Origin: Malacoraja senta
Lineage: Eukaryota
Reading direction: 5' to 3'
DNA: 64,000 bases
NCBI GenBank assembly: GCA_038087875.1
Contig: CM075990.1
Location: 8,000,001-8,064,000, forward strand
Shown: piece after piece, positions 26,636 through 38,435 of the stretch
Layout: each line of letters opens with the position of its first letter
How positions within the stretch are numbered: the first letter of the stretch is position 1
Translations under genes and position numbers: made by a program
The notes under the pieces: model-generated
Seen by the model: only the letters and a program-made list of their open reading frames with translations
Database searches by the model: none
What the model was told of the DNA's origin: nothing

Positions 26636-26945
26636 GGCAGCATGGTGGCGCAGCGGTAGAGTTGCTGCCATACAGCGCCAGAGATCCGGGTTCGATCCTG
26701 ACTACGGGTGCTGTCCGGATGGAGTTTGTACGTTCTCCCCGTGACTGAGTGGGTTTTCTCCAGGTGCTCCAGTTTCCTCCCGCACAACAAAGACGTACAG
26801 GTTTGTAGGTTAATTGCTTGAGGTTCAAATTGTAAATTGTCCCTGGTGTGTCGGGTTGTGCAAGTGTACGGGTATCGCTGGTCAGTGCGGACTCAGTGGG
26901 CCGAAGGGCCTGTTTCCCCGCAGTATCTCTAAACTCAACTAAACC
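26636..26945 (+). mobile_element. Full-length V-SINE (HE1-like)
   Basis: A-box tggcgcagcgg, B-box ggttcgatcc, ctaaa tail. Confidence 0.9.
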
Positions 26946-27719
26946 AAACCTGTCAGACTTCAAGAATGGGGAACCGTTTTCAAACCAAGCTGGCACTGTC
27001 CCTTTGTTCACAGATTAGAGTTTGCGACATGGGTCATTTTGTAAAGTGGTGTCATCATGCCAGCTCCCCACCGCCCTTGGTTGTGAAGAATTGATTCCAT
27101 CTGTGGTATTGTTTCGTTTAGAGTTACATCGTGGAAACAGGCCCTTCTGCCCACTGAGTCCCATTGGTGCATGGTATGAAGAGCAGACTTCATTACACTA
27201 AAGGCACAATGCAGCAGATGATGGAAATCTGAATTAAAAACAGAAACTGCTGGAGAGGTTCAGCATCTGTGGCAAGAGAAAGGTAAAATGCTTCAGTTTG
27301 ATCATCGTGTGTTAGGGCATTGAGTTGCCACATTGACTCCATTTCTTAACAGATGCTACCTGATCTTTGGTTACAAAGTGCTGGGGTAACTCAGCGGGTC
27401 AGGCAGTATGCCAGCACTTTGTATCTTTTTTGCTAAACCAGCATCTGCAGTTCCTTGTGTCTATCTATCTTTGGATTGCTTGTCCTCTCAATATGCTTCA
27501 TTCCAGACAACTTTTGTTGCTTGTTCTTTTCTTTGGTTTTTAATGTCTGTTGCTGATTAGGGGGGGCAATATCGTGATTGCTAGTTCCAATTGAAGATAA
27601 CAAGCATTGACCTGCACCACTTCCAAGGGAGATCGATTGAAGCTGGTTCAGATGGTGGTCTTCAACCATGAGTTGAGAGCAGCGTATTACTCAGTTAATT
27701 TTCATTTGTCCAATAAACA

Positions 27720-28170
27720 TATATGGATTTTCTTGAAGGGTCAGTAGAAGTTGGTGAGAGTTGTTGGGGACATGCCGAACTTACTAAGCCTTCTAAGGAA
27801 GTAGAGACATTGGTGTGCTTTCTTGGCCTTTGCTTTGATGTGGCTGGTCCAGGACAGAATTGTTGGTGATATTTATTCCTAACTTGAAGCCCTTGGAGTA
27901 GGTGTACTGTCTAGCTTCCTGAAGTCGATCACCATGTCCTTTGTCTTGCTGTCATTGAGGAAGAGCTTGATGTCTTGATACCAGGTTACGAGGTTCTCGA
28001 TCTCATTCCTGAACTCCGTCTCATCATTATTTGATATCCGGCCCACTATGGTGGTATCGTCTGTGAATTTGTAAATCGAGTTGGAATGGTATTTGGCTGC
28101 ACAGTCATGAGTGAATAAGGAGTATAGAAGGGGGCTGGGAACACATCCTTTACGGGGCACCAATGTGGAG
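27720..28170 (-). mobile_element. Rex1/Babar RT fragment
   Basis: GCVPSPLLYSLFTHDC...KFTDDTTIVGRISNNDE...KTKDMVIDFRK. Confidence 0.8.
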
Positions 28171-30599
28171 AATTTATATAGATTATCTTTTGAGATACCT
28201 GTGCATGCAAGCAATAAGCTGAATGTAGTGGTCAGTGATACCTGGTCCATGGGTTCAGAACTTGGTTCTTGGTTTCTTGGTTTCTTGGTCCTCCAAAATA
28301 TTCCAAATGGAATTTTTTTTAAATTTTAATTTGTATTTATTTTTTATTTTTATATATTTTTTGTTTTGTTTTTTTTGTTTTTGTTTTGTTTAAATCTTTT
28401 TATTTGAATTTCACAGCAATTTGCATACATACTATGATAACAGACAGTGACAGTCAAGGCACAATTGTGCAACAGTATGTAAGCGACCCTCAAAACCCTT
28501 ACCCTTACCCACCTTCAACCCACCCGAATCAGGTCAGAACCAAACGGGGACAAACAACACTCACATACGTACACATCCACACACATATGGTAAGATAACC
28601 GAAACAAAAAGTACTTAAAAAAAAATAAAAAAAATAAAAAATTGGGGTCACTGATAACAGTAAATAAGTAAGTAATTAAATAAATAATTGTGGGGAGGGG
28701 GGGGGGGGTTAAGGGGAAAGCAGCTGCTGTAGAGCAAAACAATGGTGGAGAACACTCAGTCCTCTTCCGAGTCCGGGGACAAGTTGAGAGAGTTAACAAG
28801 TTCCAAGAAAGGGTTCCATGTATCTAGGAATGTCTTGGTAGAGCCTTTGAGAGAGAACCTAAGTTTTTCAAGCTTTAAATTGTAAAGCACCTCCTTAATC
28901 CAACGGGCGTGTGTCGGGGGACAGGTGAGCCTCCAGTTAAGCAAGATCAGTCTCCGGGCTAACAAGGTTGTAAAAGCTAGGACCTGTTTCACCGCAACAG
29001 AGAGGTTGGTGTTGGGAGGGGTACCGAAAATGGCTGACATTGGGTTTGGAGGAATAGTCTGGTCGTAGGCTCTGCTTATCAATTCGAAAGCACTCCTCCA
29101 AAAGGCTGCTAGCTTAGGGCAAGACCAAAACATATGGCTATGGTTGGCAGGGGATTGATGACATCTGTTGCAGGTGTCCCTAACAGCGGGGTACATTCTA
29201 GATAATCTTGCATTTGTGTAGTGGACTTTGTGAAGGACTTTGCATTGGATTAGGCCATGACGGGCACATATGGAGGAAGAATGGATCAAATCCAAGGCAG
29301 AGTCCCATTGCTGGTCTGTTAGTTTCGTATTCAGCTCTCCCTCCCACGCAGCTTTTAATGAGGTATGAGGTTTCAATATAACCGACCCTAGCAAATTATA
29401 CAAAATAGAGATGCATTTCTTCCGGTTGGGATCTAGAGCTAAGATGGTATCGGCCAGGGTTTCAGGGGGGCGATTTGGGAAATAGGGGAATGTCTTCTTC
29501 ACAAAATCCCTAATCTGGAAAAACCGAAAAAGGTGGGAGTTTGGGAGGCTGTAGTTGGACGAGAGCTCCACGAAGGACGAAAAGATGCCATCCTTGTATA
29601 GGTTTTTGATACTACTGATACCCTTGCTATGCCAGATTTTGAATGCGTGGTGTGTGCTTGAAGGTTTAAAGATGTGATTTTTAAGCAGTGAGGTCAGGAT
29701 GGAAGGGCCTTGTAAACCGAAGTTTTTCCTGAGTTGACTCCATATCTTGAGCGAGAGGGACGCAATTTGGCTTGCACACACAGATGTTATAGAAAGGGGG
29801 AGTTGGGAGCATAGGACAGACCACAACGGGAGACGTGAACTCGCCTTTTCCATGTATACCCAGGTCGGTAGGTGGTCGCAATCATCATTCATCCAATACA
29901 GGAATTTTTGCAAGTTAGCTGCCCAATAGTATCGCCTAAAGTCAGGAAGTGCCAAACCGCCGTCACTCTTAGGAGACTGCAGTATCGCCTTTCGGATTCT
30001 AGCCGGTTTGCTACCCCATAAAAATTTAGATATTGTCCTTTCTAATTTATCAAAAAAAGATTTAGTGATAAGTATAGGGACGTGCTGGAAAAGATACAGG
30101 AATTCGGGTAGGACGACCATCTTGACCAGATTTATCCGGCCCACGAGGGATAGCGGTAAAACTGACCAGCGGTCAAAATCTCTTTCGGCTTTCTCAACCA
30201 GAGGCAGAAAGTTTGTGCGGAACATATCAGATAAGGGTGTTGTGATAAAAACGCCGAGATAGCGAAACCCGTCCTCTGCCCATTTGAATGAGGTTAAAGA
30301 GCGAGGGAGCTGCTTAGCCGGTAAGTTAATCGGTAATAGCTCACTCTTTTGGTAGTTAAGTTTATAACCAGAGTACGCACCAAACCGTTCTAAAATATTC
30401 GTAATCACAGGGAGAGAACTGACTGGATTCGAGATGTACAGGAGCAGGTCATCCGCATACAATGAGACTTTATGAGTTGTGTCGAACCGTGTAATACCTT
30501 TAAAGCCCTTCTCTGAGCGTAACCAGACCGCTAGGGATTCTATCGCGACAGCAAACAGGAGTGGTGATAATGGGCAACCCTGTCTGGTACCTCTCTGAA

Positions 30600-30651
30600 G
30601 GGGTCAAGGAAAGAGCGTTCACGCCGCGGCCCTGTTTCCACCAATCTTTCC
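30600..30651 (+). ncRNA. HDV-like self-cleaving ribozyme (minimal P4)
   Basis: P1 GGGGTC/GGCCCT (G1-U wobble), P2 GGAAAGA/TCTTTCC, P3 GCG/CGC, L3 TTCACGC, G, TTTCCA, J4/2 CCAA. Confidence 0.78.
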
Positions 30652-30765
30652 ACCACCACGCACAAGAAGCAACAAGACAGACACCATTGTATGCAGATGC
30701 AGAGAAGTGTGTTCAGCTTTGGTTGAACAACTTCTAATCTTGTGTGAGGACTCGATAAGAAGAAG
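30600..30765 (+). mobile_element. Short ribozyme-headed non-autonomous retroposon (Ingi/Vingi-like), family A
   Basis: 166 bp between TSD ACCTCTCTGAA (30589-30599 and 30766-30776); ends CTCGATAAGAAGAAG; no Pol III A/B boxes. The left boundary has GGG microhomology, so the TSD could be read as up to 14 bp. Confidence 0.8.
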
Positions 30766-32285
30766 ACCTCTCTGAAGGGTGAAGTGGGGCGACAGTGTGT
30801 CGTTTGTTTGTACTGAGGCCACCGGGGACGAGTATAATAGACTGACCCAAAGAATAAAACTCTTACCGAGGCCAAACCTGTCCATCGCCTCATATAGGTA
30901 CCTCCACTCGACCCTGTCGAAAGCTTTTTCGGCGTCGAGGGAGACCACTATCTCCGGGGTCTCACCACGCGGAGAATGGATGATGTTAAGGAGACGCCTA
31001 GTATTGTGGGAAGACTGTCGGCCTGGTATGAACCCTGTTTGATCTAACGAGATAATAGAGGGCATCACTCGTTGAAGACGGAGCGCAAGGGCTTTAGAGA
31101 GGATTTTGAGGTCCACATTCAGGAGTGAAATTGGTCTATACCTACTATAAAGCAGAGGATCTTTCTCCTTTTTAAGAATTAGGGAGATAGTAGCCCACGA
31201 CAAGGTGGGCGGTAGGCGACGATGTAAAAACGCCTCATTGTACATATCTCTCGGGACTGGTGCGAGGAGAGCAGAGAAAGCTTTGTAATATTCTACAGTG
31301 AAGCCGTCAGGGCCGGGTGACTTTCCGCTTTGCAGCGATGTGATGGCTGCTTGGACCTCAGCAACAGTTATGGGACCACCCAAGTCTCTCGTGGCTTCAT
31401 CGTCAATTCGGGGATACGTCATACTACTGAACATGTCACCTGCAGTGGGAGGACAGTCGGAAGCGTATAGTTCAGCGTAGAATTTAGCAAATGCTTCATT
31501 AATTCTAAGAGGATCAGTATGAATCTCCCCTAAGCTGGATCTAATGGCTGGAATTAGCCGTGAAGTCGCCTCTGTTCTGGCCTGATGGGCCAAAAGCTTC
31601 CCAGCTTTATCCCCAGATTCAAAAAAGTGTTGCCTAGATTTAAGCAGTCGTAGCTTGGCTTTAATAGTAGACGTGAGGTCAAAGTCTGTTTGTAACCTAA
31701 GACGTTCTCTATAAAGGTTAGGGTCTGGGTGAGATGCATATTTGTCATCAATGTCCTTTATTTTTTGTAACAGGTCTGCCATTTGGGACGTCTCGGTTCT
31801 TTTCAGGTTGGAGACAAAAGAGATAAGTTGGCCCCTAATATAGGCTTTTGAAGCTTCCCAGAGTATACCTCTTTCTATGTCCGGCGAGTCATTCAGCTCA
31901 AAATATAAGGTGATTTGGGAGTGCAAGAATTGCATGTAGTGGACCTCTGCTAATAATGAGGAGTTGAACCTCCACTTAAAGGGGTTAGTTCGTTTAAGAA
32001 AATGGAGATCGAGGGAGGTCGCAGCGTGATCTGATATTACGATACTATGATACTCGCTGGATTTGATTTTGGAGAGCAGTCTGTTATCTAAGAGAAAGAA
32101 GTCTATACGGGTATAGGTACGGTGCACGTGGGAAAAAAATGAAAATAATTTAGTCGTGGGGAATGTAAATCTCCATGGGTCTGTGAGCCCAAGTTGTTTG
32201 ACAAAAGCATGCAGAGTCTTACCTGATTTAGTTAAAGTAGAGGCTTTCCAAATGGAATTTAAACTGGAGGTGGTGGAGGGAGGAC

Positions 32286-33985
32286 TTAAGCCAGAAAGGG
32301 TTTTTGGGAAGAAAGAGCTACCTTAAATTTAGTTGCATCTGGTTGGGTAACTATAGTAGGGTGGAGATTATTCCATGCTTTAATTGTGCGGGGGAAGAAT
32401 GAATTGCTGTACACATCTGTCTTGGTAGCTGGAATCACAAATTGTATCGAATGCCCTTGTCTGCTCCTAGTTGGTTTGGGTTTGGTGTAGGTCTTGTAAT
32501 CTATGTCAAGCTGACCATTTTGTAAAAACAGGTCAAACGGTGAGCTTCACGTCTGTCTTGGAGAGGGTTCCACCCCAGAGAATTCAGAAGTTTGGTAACA
32601 CTCGCTTCTCTCTCATAGGTGTTAGTAACAAATCGAGCTGCCTGTCCTTGGACACGTTCGATGGAAGAAATGTTTTTATTTGTGTATGGGTCCCATGCTG
32701 CAACTGTGTAGTCCAAATGAGGTCTAACGAGGGTGAAGTATAGCTTCTCCATGACAGAAGTTGAACAATGATGAAAGTTGCACCTCAGAAAATTTAGGAC
32801 ACCTGTTGCTTTCACCGTTGCATGATGAGTCTGACCATTCCAGCGCAGATCATTCTGCAATTTGATGCCAAGATACTTGGTTTGTTTGGATTCTTCAAGG
32901 GCGGTACCAAGTATATTGTACGATGTTTCGCCTGGATTCCTCTTTCTGGTGACACGCATGGTTTCACATTTGGAAGGGTTGAACTGCATGCCCCATTGTT
33001 GTGACCACTCAACCATTGTATCGAGATCCTTTTGGAGAGCATCTTCATCATCAGCTGACTTAATTGGACGGTACAGCAAACAATCATCAGCGAATAGTCT
33101 GGTCGTGCTTGCGACTTTTTCATGGATGTCGTTTATGTAAAGCAAAAACAGATGTGGGCCAAGTACTGTGCCCTGAGGTGTACCACTCAACACTGGATGC
33201 CAATTGGAGCTCTTTCCGTTCACACACACACGCTGAAGACGTTTTGTCAGGAAACTGGAAATCCATCGTTTCGTGTTGGAACGAATACCATAGAAGCCAA
33301 GCTTCCGAAGCAGTCTCTGGTGTGGGATGACATCAAATGCTTTAGAAAAGTCCAGCACTACTAAATCCGTGATGACGTTACCATCAAGATGTTTGGCCCG
33401 GTCATTTGTCGTCAGGATAAGCTGAGACTCACATGATCTATGCCTCCTAAACGCATGTTGGTTGTCAGCAAGAATATTATGTTTGCTCACGTGTCGCATC
33501 AGATTATTATCAATTACATGCTCCAGTAATTTGCAGCAAGTACTTGTTAATGAAACAGGACGATAATTTGCTGGGTTGGTGGTTGAACCCTTCTTAAAGA
33601 GAAGAGTGATGTTAGCCTTCCTCCAATCCAGCGGAACATCACCTGAGTCAAGCGATTGTTGGAAAATGAACTGCAAAACTGGAGCCAGTTCTTCGGCCGC
33701 GATCTTGAGGGTTTGATTCTGTATCTGATCTGGTCCAATTGCTTTTGTGGTATTGATGTTGAGCAATAACTTCTTGACACCTTCAACCTCAATTTTAATA
33801 GCAGGCATATCAGCATACGGGCTGGGCGGTAGAACTGGAAATGATGAAGGCTCCATATCTTCCCGGGTGAAAACGTGTTGAAATTGGTTTGCAAGAGCTT
33901 CTGCTTTCGCCTGGTCCTCAGTGATCAGACAGTTGTTCACTTTCAGCATCTGGACACCAGTGTTGTCTGTCCATCTGGATTTCAC
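32286..33985 (-). pseudogene. RT ORF of the CR1-group LINE, frameshifted near 32515
   Basis: NYRPVSLTS, LDFSKAFD, SGTPQGTVLGP, FADD, LVRPHLDY..WDPY; continues in another frame as GHSIQF...NSFFPRTIKAWNNL to a stop near 32286. Confidence 0.85.
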
Positions 33986-34974
33986 ATATCTCCAAAAAGC
34001 CTTGGGTTGCTCGCCCCCAAGAATAGAAGAAACATGTTGTCTATGAGCACTCCTAATAGCACGATCGACTTGCTTTCGTACTCTAGTAAAATTGTCCCAG
34101 TTTTGTACCCCTTTTTTTGGTACGGATATAAGACTTCTCTTTCTTACTGCAGAGACGTTTCAGTTTTGCCGAAAACCAAGGAGGACACATACGGCCCTTA
34201 ATGAGTTTTTGAGGAACATGATTTGTAACAATATTATTTAAAGAGTTTCTCAGCCACACCCAGCTGTCTTTTACGGATCTTTTATCTGGTTGCAGGTTGA
34301 AGATCTGCACATGGCTCTGATGGTCAACTTGGAGCTCCGCTGTATTTTTAGAGTGGAGTATATTTATAGCACACTTCTCATTGCGAACACTAGGATACCC
34401 GGTGTAACCAAAAAATAAATTGAATTCTTTGAACAAATACGTATATTGTTCGTCTTGAAGTTAGTATCCTATGCAGTGGTCATGAAACTACAAGGAAGGA
34501 GAAATCGCACGTACAAAGATGAATGCCGATTATTTTAGATAGGAGGTAAGAACACAATGTATTTCTACCCACACATGGAGGTGAATGTGTTTGCTTAATA
34601 TTGAACAATGCAATTGTCCAATTTTTGAAATAAAATCAAGATTAAGAGCAAAAGGCAAATTTGATTTTCTCTCTGATGCACCAAAGAGTCTTTAGAATAA
34701 TCTTCTCGAGCACAGAACCCAGCTTCATGGAGTTTGGGTCTCAGGCAGATAAACATACATCAAACTGACAAGCAGCTAATTTAATGCAGCAATAAATAAG
34801 TTATTTAAATTTGGATTTTATTGCATTGAAAACTTTGGAAGATTTAATATATCCATAGTTACCTATTTAATGTTATTGTGGGCGGGAGTGGTGGTACCAG
34901 GGACTTACAGTGGTCATATAGCTCCATTGGGTGTGGTGATTGTGAATGTGGCTCCATAGTGACGTTAGAGTGAG

Positions 34975-35218
34975 AACTGCAGATGCTGGTTATACACCGG
35001 TTAGACACAAAGTGCTGGAGTAACTCAGCGGGACAGGCAGCATCTCTGGAGAGAAGGAATGGGTGACGTTTCAGGTCGAGACCCTCTCAGTCTGAAGAAG
35101 GGTCACAACCCGAAACGTCACCCATTCCTTCTCCCCAGAGATGCTGCCTGTCCCGCTGAGTTACTCCAGCACTTTGTGTCTACAGTGTAAACCAACATCT
35201 GCAGTTCCTTCCTACACA
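34975..35218. mobile_element. Inverted Penelope termini with a hammerhead motif at 35092-35119
   Basis: About 110-bp mirrored arms; CTGAAGA-A-GGGT-CACA-ACCC-GAAACGTC. Confidence 0.8.
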
Positions 35219-35562
35219 CTTAGAGTTGGTACCGCTGGTCTAAGTAAAGGTGTTTTCCAAATGAGATCCCCGATCTCGTGCAGCTCCAGCGGGAGCAGAT
35301 ATGGTGAGAATCTCTTTCAACCTCCAGAGGCCCAAATGTACATCTGGTTTTGTTTTGCAGTTCCTTCGACAGATTGACAGAAAGCCCATTCATTTGGTTA
35401 ATCTGCAGTCTGTTCACCTGCAGAGATGGTGTGTGATCATATCTCAGTTTCCCCCATCCCTGACTCTCAGTCTGATGAGGAGGCTCGACCCCAAACGTCA
35501 CCTATCCGTGTTCTCCAGAGATGCTGCCTGTCCCACTGAGTTGCTCCTGTACTTTGTGTCTA

Positions 35563-35875
35563 TTTAGTTTAGTTAAAGATACAGCACGGAAACAGGCCCT
35601 TCGGCCCACCGGGTCCGCGCCGACCAGCGATCCCTGCACATTAACACTATCCTACACCCACTAGGGACCATTTCTTTTACATTTACCAAGCCAATTAACC
35701 TCCAAACCTGCACGTCTTTGGAGTGTGGGAGGAAACCGAAGATCTCGGAGAAAACTCACGGGGAGAACGTACAAACTCCTTACAGACAGCACCCGTAGTT
35801 TGGATTGAACCCGGGTCTCCGGTGCTGCATTCACTGTAAGGCAGCAACTCTAACGCTGTGCCACTATGACCGCCC
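35563..35875 (-). mobile_element. Full-length V-SINE (HE1-like)
   Basis: tttagtttag tail through the ggattgaacccggg head complement. Confidence 0.88.
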
Positions 35876-36751
35876 ATCTATCTTCATCCCATCTATATTT
35901 GGTCTATCTTCGGTGTTAACCAGTAACTGAAGTTCCTTCCTACACGTGGTGTGTGATCAGTCAATGAACTGCTTTGCGCAGGTTGCTGCCAGCGTGCAGG
36001 ATTAGTGTAACCTATGAAGTTCCCACATAAACATTTATAAATAATATTTAATTTTCACATCTTTGCAGTTGCAATCAAAATTCTGCATAAGTTCAGCTAT
36101 AAAGCTGGGCTTCGATATTGCAATTTTTATAATGGCCTTATAATGGTCAGAAGGTCAGAAGAGATAGGAGAAGAATTAGGCCATTCGGCCCATCAAGTCT
36201 ACTCCGCCATTCAATCATGTCTGATCTATCTCTCCCACCTAACCCCATTGTCCTGCCTTCTCCTCATAACCCATCACACCCGTACTAATCACGAGTATCT
36301 CTGCCTTAAAAATATCCATTGACTTGGCCTCCACAGCCTTCTTGTATCTGGGAGTCTATCTCTGTGGGAAATGCTGTTGAATTTTGGAGGGAATTTCTAG
36401 TGGGACAATCATATGGCTAATCTGAAGAAGGGTCTCAACCCGAAACGTCACCCATTCCTTCTCCCCAGCGATGCTGCCTGTCCCGCTGAGTTACTCCAGC
36501 ATTTTGTGTCTATCAGGCCAGATAGCCTGGGAAATTGCATCACATTTGTGAACTAAATTGGAGTTGAACGAAGGTCTCTTTATGCATGCCTTGTCTAGTA
36601 GGGAGAAGGATCTGTCTCAGTTTATTTTCTGTGCTGTGCAACAATTTGCCGTCCTCTTAAAGTAACCTACACAAAGAGTTGGAAACAGACAATCTCTGAC
36701 AAGGGCAGAGAGCTGCTACATTCACCAGTCTGCGTTCACTCCTGACTGCCT

Positions 36752-38435
36752 GTTCAAGTTCAAGTGAATTTATTGTCATGTTTCCCTGATAGGACAATGA
36801 AATTCTTGCTTTGCTTCAGCACACAGAACATAGCAGTCATTGACTACAAAACAGATCAGTGTGTCCATATACCATTCTATAAATAAATACACACATGAAT
36901 AAATAAACTGATAAAGTGCAAATAACAGATAATGGGTTATTAATGATCAGAGTTTTGTCCGAGCCAGGTTTAATAGCCTGATGGCTGTGGGGAAGTAGCT
37001 ATTTCTGAACCTGGTCGTTGCAGTCTTCAGGCTCCTGTACCTTCTACCTGAAGGTAGCAGGGAGATGAGTGTGTGGCCAGGATGGTGTGGGTCCTTGATG
37101 ATACTGCCAGCCTTTTTGAGGCAGCGACTGCGATAGATCCCCTCGATGGAAGGGAGGTCAGAGCCGATGATGGACTGGGCAGTGTTTACTACTTGTTGTA
37201 GTCTTTTCCTCTCCAGGGCGCTCAAGTTGCCGAACCAAGCCACGATGCAACCGGTCAGCATGCTCTCTACTGTGCACCTGTAGAAGTTAGAGAGAGTCCT
37301 CCTTGACAAACCGACTCTCCGTAATCTCCTCAGGAAGTAGAGGCGCTGATGTGCTTTCTTGATAATTGCATTTGTGTTCTCAGACCAGGAAAGATCTTCA
37401 GAGATGTGCACGCCCAGGAATTTGAAGCTCTTGACACTTTCAACCATCGACCCATTGATATAAACGGGACTATGGGTCCCCATCCTACTCCTTCCAAAGT
37501 CCACAATCAGTTCCTTGGTTTTGCTGGTGTTGAGGGCCAGGTTATTGTGCTGGCTCCATATGGACAGTTGCTTGATCTCTCTTCTATACTCTGACTCATC
37601 CCCATCAGTGATACGTCCCACTACAGTGGTGTCGTCAGCGAACTTGATAATGGAGTTCGCACTGTGACCGGCTACGCAGTCATGAGTATAGAGTGAGTAC
37701 AGCAGGGGGCTGAGCACGAAGCCTTGAGGTGCGCTCGTGCTGATTGTTATCGAGGCTGACACATTTCCACCAATACGAACAGACTGTGGTCTGTGAATGA
37801 GGAAGTCGAGGATCCAATTGCAGAGGGATGCACAGAGACCCAGTTCTGCGAGTTTGGTAACCAGATTGGAGGGGATGATTGTGTTAAATGCCGAGCTGTA
37901 ATCGATGAATAACAGCCTGACATATGAGTTTTTGTTGTCCAAGTGGTCCAGAGCGGAGTGGAGGGCCAGCGAGATCGCATCCACTGTTGATCTGTTGTGG
38001 CGGTAAGCGAACCGCAGTGGGTCCAGGTTTTTGTCGAGGTAGGAGTTTATTTGCTCCATGATCAACCTCTCAAAGCACTTCATCACCACAGGTGTTAGTG
38101 CCACTGGTCGATAGTCATTGAGGCACGTCACCTTACTCTTCTTGGGCACTGGTATAATTGATGCCCTTTTAAAGCAGGTGGGGACCTCAGACCTCAGAAG
38201 TGAGAGGTTGAAAATATCCGTAAAAACTCCAGCCAGTTGGTCCGCACAGGTTTTTAGAACACGACCGGGTATACCATCAGGTCCAGGCGCTTTTCGAGGG
38301 TTCACCCCTCTGAAGGATATCCTGACGTTGGCCTCTGTGACTGAGACTGAAATACCATCTCAGCGAATGGGGGCTCGGGAAGGCACATCAGTATTCTCCC
38401 TATCAAAGCGTGCGTAAAACGCATTGAGCTCATCG
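36752..38435 (-). mobile_element. 5'-truncated Rex1/Babar LINE inserted into an old V-SINE
   Basis: RT ORF plus upstream DELNAFYARFD (one in-frame stop); (TTGAAC)n tail near 36752; SINE head at 36700-36750 resumes at 38436 (gtgctgtttatgtggagtttgcatg). Confidence 0.9.
36947..38305 (-). CDS. Rex1/Babar reverse transcriptase (truncated copy)
   Basis: [59 protein letters not shown]. Confidence 0.85.
   Translation of the reverse strand: MNPRKAPGPDGIPGRVLKTCADQLAGVFTDIFNLSLLRSEVPTCFKRASIIPVPKKSKVTCLNDYRPVALTPVVMKCFERLIMEQINSYLDKNLDPLRFAYRHNRSTVDAISLALHSALDHLDNKNSYVRLLFIDYSSAFNTIIPSNLVTKLAELGLCASLCNWILDFLIHRPQSVRIGGNVSASITISTSAPQGFVLSPLLYSLYTHDCVAGHSANSIIKFADDTTVVGRITDGDESEYRREIKQLSIWSQHNNLALNTSKTKELIVDFGRSRMGTHSPVYINGSMVESVKSFKFLGVHISEDLSWSENTNAIIKKAHQRLYFLRRLRRVGLSRRTLSNFYRCTVESMLTGCIVAWFGNLSALERKRLQQVVNTAQSIIGSDLPSIEGIYRSRCLKKAGSIIKDPHHPGHTLISLLPSGRRYRSLKTATTRFRNSYFPTAIRLLNLARTKL

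Larger units (their letters stand above)
28756..32244 (-). pseudogene. L1 ORF2 (partial APE endonuclease, RT, CCHC), disrupted by the 30600-30765 insertion
   Basis: RIDFFL, SDH, KSPGPDG, DAEKAFD, QGCPLSP, YADD and CNRC..H..C motifs. Removing the insert and one TSD restores one frame of about 1100 codons (HFTLQRG|TRQGCPLSP). Confidence 0.88.
28316..32245 (-). mobile_element. 5'-truncated L1-clade LINE with A-rich tail and 15-bp TSD
   Basis: TSD TTCCAAATGGAATTT at 28301-28315 and 32246-32260; T-rich tract from 28316; empty site ATTT/AA fits the L1 endonuclease consensus. Confidence 0.92.
28261..34330 (-). mobile_element. Invertebrate-type CR1-group LINE with its 3' UTR split by an L1 (pieces 32261-34330 and 28261-28315)
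   Basis: RT ORF 32501-33985; the 3' UTR continues across the L1 TSD to a (CCAAGAAA)n tail at 28261-28290. Confidence 0.8.

Noticed and set aside
30601..30736. Short open frame in element A ending LWLNNF
   Set aside because: No start codon and it overlaps the ribozyme; at most a remnant of a partner LINE C-terminus.
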